Of a DNA stretch of 64,000 nucleotides, positions 9,990-17,447 are shown one piece after another. The stretch is from NCBI GenBank assembly GCA_963814325.1, contig CAWFCK010000005.1, positions 131,383 to 195,382 of the forward strand. The letters run 5' to 3'. The stretch is from an uncultured Flavobacteriales bacterium. GTDB lineage: Bacteria; Bacteroidota; Bacteroidia; Flavobacteriales_F; PHOS-HE28. Numbering within the stretch: the stretch's first letter is position 1; each line of letters starts with the position of its first letter. Made by a program: the position numbers and the translations under genes. Under the pieces are notes generated by a model. That model had not been told where the DNA came from and ran no database searches. It saw only the letters and a program-made list of their open reading frames with translations.

Positions 9990-12900
9990 TCAGCGCCTGG
10001 GCTTCAGGATAGGCCGGGGCCGGGCTGCCACCGCATCGTGCACCACCTCCTGGATGCGCGTACGGATGTTCAGTTCACTGAGCTTTTTATTCTCGGCGCT
10101 GGGGTTGATCCGGTTGCTGAGGAAGACGTAGATGGTGCTGTCGGCCGGATCGGCCCAGATCTGCGTGCCGGTGAAGCCGGTGTGTCCAAAGCTCAGATAG
10201 CTCACACACTCGCACGCCGGGCCTGGCTTCCCGGCAGGCTGGGGCTTATCCCAACCCAGGCCGCGTCGGTTGTCCTTGCCATTGGGGGCAGGAAGCGCAT
10301 TGGGCTTGCAGAACTGGCACTTGGTGAAGTCGGCGATGGTACTGTCATTCAGGTAACGCACTCCTGCATAGGTACCGCCGTTGAGCAGCATGCGCATGAT
10401 CACGGCCAGATCGTTCGCATTGCTGAAGAGCCCCGCGTGCCCGGCCACACCGCCAAGCATGGCCGCGCCCTGATCATGCACATCTCCTTGGATCAGGCGC
10501 ATACGGAAATCATGATCGTCCTCGGTGGGAATGATGCGGTCCTTGGGGAAGCGCTGCCATGGCCGGTATCCCATGGTCGCCAGCCCCAGCGGACGATAGA
10601 ACGTGGAATCGAGATACGTGTCCAGTGTCTTTCCGCTCACGCGCTCCACCACGCGGGCGAGCAGGTGGAAGTCGAGATCACTGTACAGGTAGTTCCCCCG
10701 AGGCGCAACAGGTGCCGCCAGCATCGCGGCCCATAGGCTGTCCTGATAGGCCGGCTTCATGTACACGCCTTCGGCCACGCGCACGGTGTGCACATGATCC
10801 ACCGTATCCGCGAACACATCAGCGCGGAGCGAACCGGTGCGCACGAGGCTGCGGAAGTACGGCACGAAGGCCACCATGCCCGCTTGATGCGTGAGCAGAT
10901 CGCGCAGCTGTACGCGGCCATGCACGGGATGAGTTGCGGCAAGTTCGGGCAGGTACGTACCGAGGTCCTTGTCCAGGTCGATACGGCCTTGCTCGGTCAG
11001 CTTCATCACCGCCATTGTGGTGCCCACCACCTTGGTGACACTGGCCAGGTCGTAGATGTCGTCCGTTCGCACGCGCCTGCCGCCATAACTCGTGCGGCCA
11101 TAGGCCTTGTTCCACAGCACTTCGCCGTCGCGTGCAACGAGCACTTCACAACCGGGGAATGCCTGCTTGGCGATCGCATCCTGCACGATGTCATCAATGC
11201 GCTTCAGGTCGGCGGTGAGCACACCGTCCGCCTCCGGATGCGTGTAGGTCAATCGGTCCACCTGGTCGATGGCCAGTCCATCGCCCGCCTTGAAGAAGGA
11301 GGAAGCTGTCACGGGCAGCTGCCCCTTAGCCGGAATGGCGCCGAAGATCAACTGCGCTACCAGGTCCTGGGTATCGTCATTCTCCTCATAGGCCACCACC
11401 AATCCGCTGAGGCGTTGTGCTCCATAGGCCTGCATCAGCCTGTACGGATTCGCGAAGAGCGCGAACACCATGCGCTGCTGGTCGCCCACGCGGCGAAGGA
11501 AGTCGAGCGTGATCTGGGGAACGCCGAATTCCTTGTCGGCACGGAAGGTGGTGCCATGCACGGAGGCGATCACGAGGTCGTATCCCTTCAACTTGTTGAG
11601 GAGCACTTCGGCGCTGTCCGCGTTCATCACCTTGTCACAACGGAACTCGCTGATGCGCGCATAACGCCCGAGGTACTGCTGGAACACGCCATGCGCGGTA
11701 TCGCCGATGGCCAGGGACGCGATCCGCAGGGAGTCCGCACGGCGGATGGGCAGGACCTGCTCGTTGCGCAGCACGGTGAGGGCGTTCTGGTAGAGCGATC
11801 GACGCAGCCATTTGGCGGCGGGCAGGTTCAGTTCATCGGCGATGTTGGCCACCACCACGGGCCTCAACTTGGACAGGCCGGCCCACTCCTTTGCGCGGAG
11901 CAGTTTCAAGCACTTGTGGTCGATCATTTCGCGCGGCACGATCCCGCTGTCCACGGCCTGCATGATGCGGTCGATGGCCTTCACCGGATCCTGCGGGAAC
12001 AGCAGCACATCATTCCCGGCGAGCAATGCACGCAATTCGATCTCACCGGGCTTGTCGGCGTTGGCCACGCCCTTCATGTTCAACGCATCGGTGAAGATCA
12101 GGCCCTTGAAGCCGAGCTCCTTTTCAAGCAGGTCGCTTACCACGTTATGGCTCAATGTGCTCGGCATTCCTTTGATGCTGTCGAGCGCCGGCACCTCCAG
12201 GTGCCCCACCATCACGGCGCTGAGGCCTTCGGCCACCATGCGCTCGAAGGGATAGAGCTCCAATGAATCGAGTCGCGCGCGGGTCTGTGCGATCAACGGA
12301 AGGCCGAGGTGGCTGTCAGTGTCGGTATCGCCATGACCGGGAAAGTGCTTGGCGGTGGCGATCACGCCGCCGTTCTGCAGTCCGCGCATGTACGCGATGG
12401 ACTTGCGGGCCACGAGTTCACGCTCTTCACCGAAGCTGCGGTCGTTGATCACCGGGTTCGCCGGGTTGTTGTTCACGTCCGCCACCGGGCTGAAGCTCAC
12501 CTGCACACCGAGGCGCTTCATCTGCCGGGCGATCTCGCCGCCCATGGCCTCGATCTGTTCGTCGCTCTCCAGCGCACCCAGCGTCATCTGCTTCGGAAAG
12601 CGCATGGTGCTGTCCAGCCGCATGGCCAATCCCCATTCCAGGTCCATGCCCACCAGCAGCGGCGTGCGGGCCAGCTTCTGGTAGTGGTTGGTGAGGATGG
12701 CCTGACGGGCAGGTCCGCCCTGGAAGAAAATGAGGCCACCGATATTGCGTTGGCGAACGAGGTCCTCGATCTCGCGGACATGCTCGCGGCCCTTGTTGCT
12801 CCACGCGGCCACCATCATCAGCTGCGCGATGCGCTCCTCGGTGTTGAGGCTTTGGAGCACACTATCGGCCCAAGGCATGGGCCCATTCAGGAAGGCCGGG

Positions 12901-12992
12901 TTCTCGCGGCGCTCGGTGACCAGCGGGGTGCGACCGCCAAAGGACATCAGCGCCACGGCGGTGACGCCGAGCAGGATGGGAAAACGCTTCAT
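9990..12992 (-). CDS. glycoside hydrolase family 3 (NagZ-like) fused to serine-hydrolase/beta-lactamase-family domain
   Basis: Uninterrupted 1000-aa ORF. The N-terminal half has the GH3 motif KHFPGHGDTDTDSH. The C-terminal half has the SxxK motif (LASVTKVVG) and class-C-like beta-lactamase features. Confidence 0.9.
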   Translation of the reverse strand: MKRFPILLGVTAVALMSFGGRTPLVTERRENPAFLNGPMPWADSVLQSLNTEERIAQLMMVAAWSNKGREHVREIEDLVRQRNIGGLIFFQGGPARQAILTNHYQKLARTPLLVGMDLEWGLAMRLDSTMRFPKQMTLGALESDEQIEAMGGEIARQMKRLGVQVSFSPVADVNNNPANPVINDRSFGEERELVARKSIAYMRGLQNGGVIATAKHFPGHGDTDTDSHLGLPLIAQTRARLDSLELYPFERMVAEGLSAVMVGHLEVPALDSIKGMPSTLSHNVVSDLLEKELGFKGLIFTDALNMKGVANADKPGEIELRALLAGNDVLLFPQDPVKAIDRIMQAVDSGIVPREMIDHKCLKLLRAKEWAGLSKLRPVVVANIADELNLPAAKWLRRSLYQNALTVLRNEQVLPIRRADSLRIASLAIGDTAHGVFQQYLGRYARISEFRCDKVMNADSAEVLLNKLKGYDLVIASVHGTTFRADKEFGVPQITLDFLRRVGDQQRMVFALFANPYRLMQAYGAQRLSGLVVAYEENDDTQDLVAQLIFGAIPAKGQLPVTASSFFKAGDGLAIDQVDRLTYTHPEADGVLTADLKRIDDIVQDAIAKQAFPGCEVLVARDGEVLWNKAYGRTSYGGRRVRTDDIYDLASVTKVVGTTMAVMKLTEQGRIDLDKDLGTYLPELAATHPVHGRVQLRDLLTHQAGMVAFVPYFRSLVRTGSLRADVFADTVDHVHTVRVAEGVYMKPAYQDSLWAAMLAAPVAPRGNYLYSDLDFHLLARVVERVSGKTLDTYLDSTFYRPLGLATMGYRPWQRFPKDRIIPTEDDHDFRMRLIQGDVHDQGAAMLGGVAGHAGLFSNANDLAVIMRMLLNGGTYAGVRYLNDSTIADFTKCQFCKPNALPAPNGKDNRRGLGWDKPQPAGKPGPACECVSYLSFGHTGFTGTQIWADPADSTIYVFLSNRINPSAENKKLSELNIRTRIQEVVHDAVAARPRPILKPRR

Positions 12993-13119
12993 TTCTTGGG
13001 ATAGGCCGGGGCCATGACTACAACGGCGAAACTACCGGCCGGTATACGGGAGGAAGGGCAAGGCACGGGCCAGTTTTGAACAGGGCGGCACGGATAGCGA
13101 TGCCACGCCTGCGTTTTGA

Positions 13120-13459
13120 ACCGCAGATGAACACTGATGAACACAGATGGACGCGGATGAATCTTTGTTGCGTTCCCGTTGCGTCGTTGCGTCGTGGCGG
13201 TGAAATGGCACCACCGATGGATCGGGCGCTGGAGCGCCTTTTTTTACCGCAGATGAACACTGATGAACGCGGATGGACGCAGATGGATGGGATGCATGGC
13301 CTTTCGCTGTGTTCCCGTTGCGCCGTAGCGTCGTTGCGGTAGAAAACCACGGATGAACACGGATGGACACGGATAAAAACGCTCTGTGGCCTCTGTGTCT
13401 CTGAGTGAGCCAGTGGAATTCTCTGCGCTCTCTGCGCCTCTGCGTGATGCCCTCGCATT
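13120..13459. repeat. mosaic intergenic repeat built from tandem decamers (CRCNGATGRA), octamers (GTTGCGTC) and nonamers (CTCTGYGNC); left of the IS
   Basis: Decamer runs at 13132-13171, 13259-13298 and 13358-13387. Octamer pair at 13188-13203. Nonamer runs at 13392-13418 and 13431-13456. Confidence 0.85.
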
Positions 13460-13498
13460 GACTCGTCCTGAAATGGGTTTACGCAAAACAGCGACCCA

Positions 13499-13895
13499 TG
13501 GAGGACAAGTTCAAGCACAACAAGAACGGCAAGTTCGAATCGCGGTACAGCGAGGAGTTCAAGCGCAAGTGATCGAGGAGTATTTGGAGACTGGCACGCC
13601 CAAGCAACGACTGTTAGACAAGTATGGGATCACGTACAGGGGTGCGTTCCAAGCCTGGATGCCAGCGTTGGGATATGTGGATATTCGTAGGCTGCCCAAG
13701 CCCGCCAAGTTGCTGGCAGCGTACACATTGAGCAAGCCCAAGGAAGAGGACATCGAGTTGCTGCGAAGGCGTTTGAAGGAACTGCAACGCGAGCTGGAGG
13801 ATGAGAAGCTGCGTGTGGAAGCCTATGCGAGGTTGATCGAGTTGGCCGAACGCGAGCAAGGGATCAGCATCCGAAAAAAGGACAACACCAAGTGA
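13499..13895 (+). CDS. IS3-family transposase OrfA (HTH); interrupted by an apparent 1-nt deletion at about 13571
   Basis: ATG 13499 gives MEDKFKHNKNGKFESRYSEEFKRK then TGA. The next frame continues VIEEYLETGTPKQRLLDKYGITYRGAFQAWM...LKELQRELEDEKLRVEAYARL (leucine-zipper-like) to 13895. Confidence 0.8.
13874..13880 (+). promoter_or_regulatory. programmed -1 ribosomal frameshift slippery heptamer A AAA AAG (orfA to orfB)
   Basis: In the orfA frame the codons are CGA AAA AAG. A -1 slip reads AAA AAA GGA CAA CAC CAA GTG ATC, which is the frame of orfB. Confidence 0.75.
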
Positions 13896-14857
13896 TCCGC
13901 GACATGAAGGACAGCTACCCGCACATCAGCCTGGTGCGGTTCTGTCGGTTGCTTGGTGTTACCCGGCAGGCCCATTACCAGAACGGCTGGCAGGCCCAAG
14001 CCATGGGCATGGAGCATGAGCTGGTATTGCAACAGGTGCATGCCATCCGGCGCGACCACAAGCGCATGGGCGGTCGCAAGTTGTATGAGCTGCTCGATCC
14101 GTTCATGCTTGAACATGGCATTAAGATGGGGCGCGATGCGCTCTTCGACCTGCTTGCGGACCACCGCCTGCTGGTGAAGCGCTTACGCACGCGTGTGATC
14201 ACCACGCGTTCATCGCACTGGCTGCGCAAGTGGCCCAACCTGATCAAGGACGTGGTCCCCGTGCATACCGGGCAGATCTGGGTGAGCGACATCACCTACT
14301 TCCGCACGCGCACACAAGGCGTGGTGTACATCACGCTGATGACCGATGCGTACTCACATCGGATGATGGGCTACCACCTGGCCACCGATCTGGAAGCGAT
14401 GAGCAGTCTTGAAGCACTGCGCATGGCGCTGGCACATGCCGATGTTCTTGAAGGCCTGATCGACCACAGCGATCGCGGTGTGCAGTACTGCTCGCACAAG
14501 TACGTGCAACTGCTACAGCAGCATGGCATACGCGTGAGCATGACCGAGAACGGCGATCCGTTGGAGAACGCTGTGGCCGAACGCATCAACGGCATCATTA
14601 AGCAGGAATACCTGGACTTGGGCCAGTTGGACACCATCGAGGAAGCACGCGCGGAACTCAACCGGGCCGTTGCGCTCTACAACGGCGGACGACCTCACTC
14701 CAGCATCAGCATGTTCACCCCCGACCAAGTCCACTACGGTTCAATACCCGTTGAACGGACGTGGAAGAACTACTACCCAAAGCGATCAACCGTAAACCCA
14801 GTTCAGGACGAACCAACAACCGTAAACCTATCTTCGGACATCAACCCAAACCTGTAA
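13892..14857 (+). CDS. IS3-family transposase OrfB (DDE integrase core)
   Basis: Contains WVSDITYF...DHSDRGVQYCSHKYVQLLQQHGIRVSMTENGDPLENAVAERINGIIKQEY, typical of an rve/DDE catalytic core. It overlaps the orfA stop. Confidence 0.92.
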   Translation: MIRDMKDSYPHISLVRFCRLLGVTRQAHYQNGWQAQAMGMEHELVLQQVHAIRRDHKRMGGRKLYELLDPFMLEHGIKMGRDALFDLLADHRLLVKRLRTRVITTRSSHWLRKWPNLIKDVVPVHTGQIWVSDITYFRTRTQGVVYITLMTDAYSHRMMGYHLATDLEAMSSLEALRMALAHADVLEGLIDHSDRGVQYCSHKYVQLLQQHGIRVSMTENGDPLENAVAERINGIIKQEYLDLGQLDTIEEARAELNRAVALYNGGRPHSSISMFTPDQVHYGSIPVERTWKNYYPKRSTVNPVQDEPTTVNLSSDINPNL

Positions 14858-14877
14858 ACCTGTTTTAGGACGGGTCA

Positions 14878-15135
14878 CATTCTCCCGCGCACTCCGTGCC
14901 CCCGCGTGAGGCCCCTCGCAGCGCGCTCTTCGCGCCCTTTGCGGTACAAACGTCGCGTTCCCGTTGCGTCGTTGCGTCGTTGAGGTAGAAAACCACGGAT
15001 GAACACGGATGGACATGGATAAATACCCTCTGTGGCCTCTGTGCCCCTGTGTGAGACCGTGCAATTCTCTGCGCGCTCTGCGCCTCTGCGTGATGCCCTA
15101 GCATTCCCCCGCGCCCTCCGCGCCCCTCGCCTGCG
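14878..15135. repeat. continuation of the mosaic intergenic repeat right of the IS, plus a second full unit
   Basis: Octamers at about 14960-14980, decamers at 14994-15023, nonamer runs at about 15027-15092. 15075-15100 (gtgatgccctagcattcccccgcg) matches the IS-interrupted junction gtgatgccctcgcat / tctcccgcg. Confidence 0.85.
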
Positions 15136-15258
15136 CGGAAGCCGCTTCGGCGGGCGCAGGTCCGCGTGAGAAGAACCAGAGTTCGCTCTTTCCCCCTACT
15201 TTCGCGCCCCGACCGCCGAAGCCATGTAGGCCCAGGCGCAAACCACAACCACGACAAC

Positions 15259-15405
15259 ATGCCACAGGATAGCGGTGCCCGATTGAACGCCAAGCGCAAA
15301 GCCACATTGAAGATCGCAAAGCGCGCCGCCGCCGCTGAGGCTGCCGGCAAAGGCCGCGCAGAAGGCACCACCGGCCGCAAAAAGGCCGACAAGAAGAAGG
15401 GCTGA
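15259..15405 (+). CDS. possible small lysine/alanine-rich basic protein (48 aa)
   Basis: ATG 15259 within ORF 15166..15405 gives MPQDSGARLNAKRKATLKIAKRAAAAEAAGKGRAEGTTGRKKADKKKG. A hairpin terminator follows directly. I recognise no homology. Confidence 0.3.
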   Translation: MPQDSGARLNAKRKATLKIAKRAAAAEAAGKGRAEGTTGRKKADKKKG

Positions 15406-15425
15406 ACCCACCGTTCCGCTCAACG

Positions 15426-15454
15426 AAAAAGCCCCGCTGATCGCAGGGCTTTTT
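15426..15454. terminator. bidirectional intrinsic terminator
   Basis: The sequence is aaaaa-gccccgc-tgatc-gcagggc-ttttt. It lies between the small + ORF and the convergent - gene. Confidence 0.65.
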
Positions 15455-15491
15455 CATGTTCGGCAAGGCCGATCAGCGGACCCGGTGCATG

Positions 15492-16379
15492 CTATTGCTT
15501 GCAGAACCGGATGGAACGCTGTCCTGCTGGGGTTCCCATGGTGAGCACGTAGGCGCCCGAAGCCAGGCCGGAAGCATCGAGGGGCTGCAGGCCAGTGCTG
15601 TTGAATACACCCGTTTCCAGAACCCGCCCCTGCAGGTCGGTGATCTGCCAAGTGGCGCGCTCCACGCCATCCACCACCAATTGGTCAGTGCAGGGATTCG
15701 GATAGACCTGCACGGCGGATCCGGCGTTCAGATCGCCGATGCCAACGTCCGAAGGGGTGAAGAAAAGTACGGTTGTACCGTCGTCGATCACCACAGGATA
15801 TAAGGGCGTGGTGTTCCACAACAGGAGGTCATCCTCGGTGCTCACCACCTTGGCCAGGTCAGGTATGGAGCCCAACGGGGTGATCAGCGTTCCATGCCCC
15901 GTATAGCTCCAGGTCACGGTACCAGGACCATCCATATCAGCGTACGTATCCGTGAAATTCTGCCCGTAGGTCATCGGGAACTGCATGATCCGCTTCGGAT
16001 CCGTGTAATTGTTGGTGCTGCTGGGCACGTCAGTGGCCAGCACTTCAATGCCCGTTGTGCCGATATTCAGGTAGATGTGGTCCGTACCCACCCCGGTGAC
16101 CGTTTGGGCCCAGGCCCAGTTGGCCGTGGGGTAATTGGCAGCGAAGGGTGTGTTGGCGGCCGCGGTAAAGTTCAGCGTACCCAAGGGCTGCACCGTAACA
16201 CTACTGACATCCCAGGTCTGGTTGATGCCGTCACTGGGCGGGCTGCTTGTGCCGGGGTCCGTGACGATGTACATGTCCAAGGCCACACCTGTTGCAGACA
16301 GGTCACTGTAGTCGATGGACACTTGCGCATGCAACCCCGAGAGGGTCAACAGCGCACAAAGCGTTAGGGACTGTTTCAT
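15492..16379 (-). CDS. secreted hypothetical protein with T9SS C-terminal sorting domain
   Basis: Signal peptide MKQSLTLCALLTLSGLHAQ. CTD VQVYPNPCTDQLVV...GAYVLTMGTPAGQRSIRFCKQ. Confidence 0.8.
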   Translation of the reverse strand: MKQSLTLCALLTLSGLHAQVSIDYSDLSATGVALDMYIVTDPGTSSPPSDGINQTWDVSSVTVQPLGTLNFTAAANTPFAANYPTANWAWAQTVTGVGTDHIYLNIGTTGIEVLATDVPSSTNNYTDPKRIMQFPMTYGQNFTDTYADMDGPGTVTWSYTGHGTLITPLGSIPDLAKVVSTEDDLLLWNTTPLYPVVIDDGTTVLFFTPSDVGIGDLNAGSAVQVYPNPCTDQLVVDGVERATWQITDLQGRVLETGVFNSTGLQPLDASGLASGAYVLTMGTPAGQRSIRFCKQ

Positions 16380-16842
16380 GGGAGTTTTGTTTGGTTTGGA
16401 TATGCAAAAGAATAAACCGATCGGATGCGGCGCAAGGGGGGGCTGGAGTGGTTTCGATCTTCAGGAAATGCCAAATGGAAACCACCCCTGGCCCCTCCTT
16501 GCCTGGCTGATAAGACCCCGGCTGAGCCTGCCTGTCCGGTAGGCAGGCTTATCAGGGGATCGATCAGCAGTAGGGGAAAACAGCCGTGTATTTAAACTGG
16601 TTTTCTCCTCTCCTGCGCGGCGTCCCGTTTTAACCGCGGACCATATTCCCCCTTTCAACCTGCACTTCCGTGCGTTGCGCGATGGTGTTCCGCCATCCGT
16701 CGAATTGCCCCAAAACTGCTGGAACCTCCACTACGACCGCTCGTATCCGCTGGCATCAACCTACACGGAACGAACACCTGAACACCATGCGAACAAGCGG
16801 AACAACCTCCAATACACCAGTGGCCTCTGCGCCGCTGTCTTG

Positions 16843-17304
16843 ATGCTGCTGAGCACCGGGCTCCGCGCCAGCACACCACCCGCATCACCCCTCGATGAAG
16901 CGGTGGTGATCACCGGGTGGTTGCAAACGCAGGACCTTACGATGGCCGGCGTGGTGGTATCCATTGAAGTGAACGGGGAGACCCAGACCACCACCGTTCC
17001 GGAATCCGGCCGCTTCGAAGTGTCGTTGCCGGCGGATGTGGAGGCCACCTTGCGCTTCGAGAAACCCGGCCACCTGCCCAAGGAAGTGGTGGTGGATACG
17101 CACCACGTGAACGACGGCGGCTTTGATGGCCGGACACGCCACGTGAAGTTCGCGGTGATCCTGGAATTGGAACGTCGCATGGGCGGCCTTACGTACCCAG
17201 GTCCTGTGGGCTCGCTCGGATTCGACAAGGATGGAGGCTGTCTGGCCGTGGCACACGATCGCACCCTTGTTCCGGCCAGCCGCGATAAGATCATGGTGTT
17301 CTAA
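16843..17304 (+). CDS. carboxypeptidase-regulatory-like domain protein; true start uncertain
   Basis: ORF open from 16675. The segment VVITGWLQTQDLTMAGVVVSIEVNGETQTTTVPESGRFEVSLPADVEATLRFEKPGHL is CarboxypepD_reg-like. The signal-like segment NKRNNLQYTSGLCAAVLMLLSTGLRA precedes ATG 16843. An out-of-frame ATG at about 16786 suggests another indel. Confidence 0.6.
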   Translation: MLLSTGLRASTPPASPLDEAVVITGWLQTQDLTMAGVVVSIEVNGETQTTTVPESGRFEVSLPADVEATLRFEKPGHLPKEVVVDTHHVNDGGFDGRTRHVKFAVILELERRMGGLTYPGPVGSLGFDKDGGCLAVAHDRTLVPASRDKIMVF

Positions 17305-17447
17305 GCGCACCGCGGTTCCCGGCGTTAGGATCATCCCGGCGACGGGGCGACGGGATCGCGCCTGAATACCCATTCCGGAAGTAAGTAGCCCCCCGGAACG
17401 CGATATTTGTGCCTCGCTCCTGGCTGCGTGCCGGCGATCCCGCATCC

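Larger units (their letters stand above)
13460..14877 (+). mobile_element. IS3-family insertion sequence (1418 bp) with imperfect terminal inverted repeats and 3-bp target duplication
   Basis: IRL is tgactcgtcctgaaatgggtttac (13460-). The reverse complement of IRR is tgacccgtcctaaaacaggtttac (ends 14877). 20 of the first 24 positions match, with TG...CA termini. CAT is duplicated at 13457-13459 and 14878-14880. The orfA/orfB arrangement is present. Confidence 0.9.

Noticed and set aside
10788-12266. 492-aa ORF on the plus strand, antisense to the GH3/beta-lactamase gene. Similar long antisense ORFs occur at 54052..55827, 47759..49084, 52398..53525, 17331..18233 and 39935..40585.
   Set aside because: They lie opposite genes with clear family signatures. 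Their composition is Arg/His/Gly/Ala/Asp-rich with no recognisable motifs. Open antisense frames are expected in GC-rich DNA with GC-biased third positions.
13530-13550. The tRNA-like word GTTCGAATC.
   Set aside because: It lies inside the IS3 orfA coding sequence (KFESRY). No cloverleaf arms can be drawn around it. I found no tRNA or rRNA in the window.
13120-15135. Possibility that the repeat field is a CRISPR array.
   Set aside because: The repeats are 8-10 nt tandem units with no unique spacers of regular length between identical 25-40 nt repeats. No cas genes are nearby.
13018-15466. Several 60-175-aa ORFs on both strands across the repeat field (13018..13518, 13032..13370, 13076..13342, 14865..15392, 15098..15466 and others).
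   Set aside because: They are translations of the tandem sub-repeats (PQMNTDEHRWTRMN, IRVHPCSSVV, low-complexity Arg/Ala runs), overlap each other in several frames, and one reads across the IS boundary. They are not credible genes.
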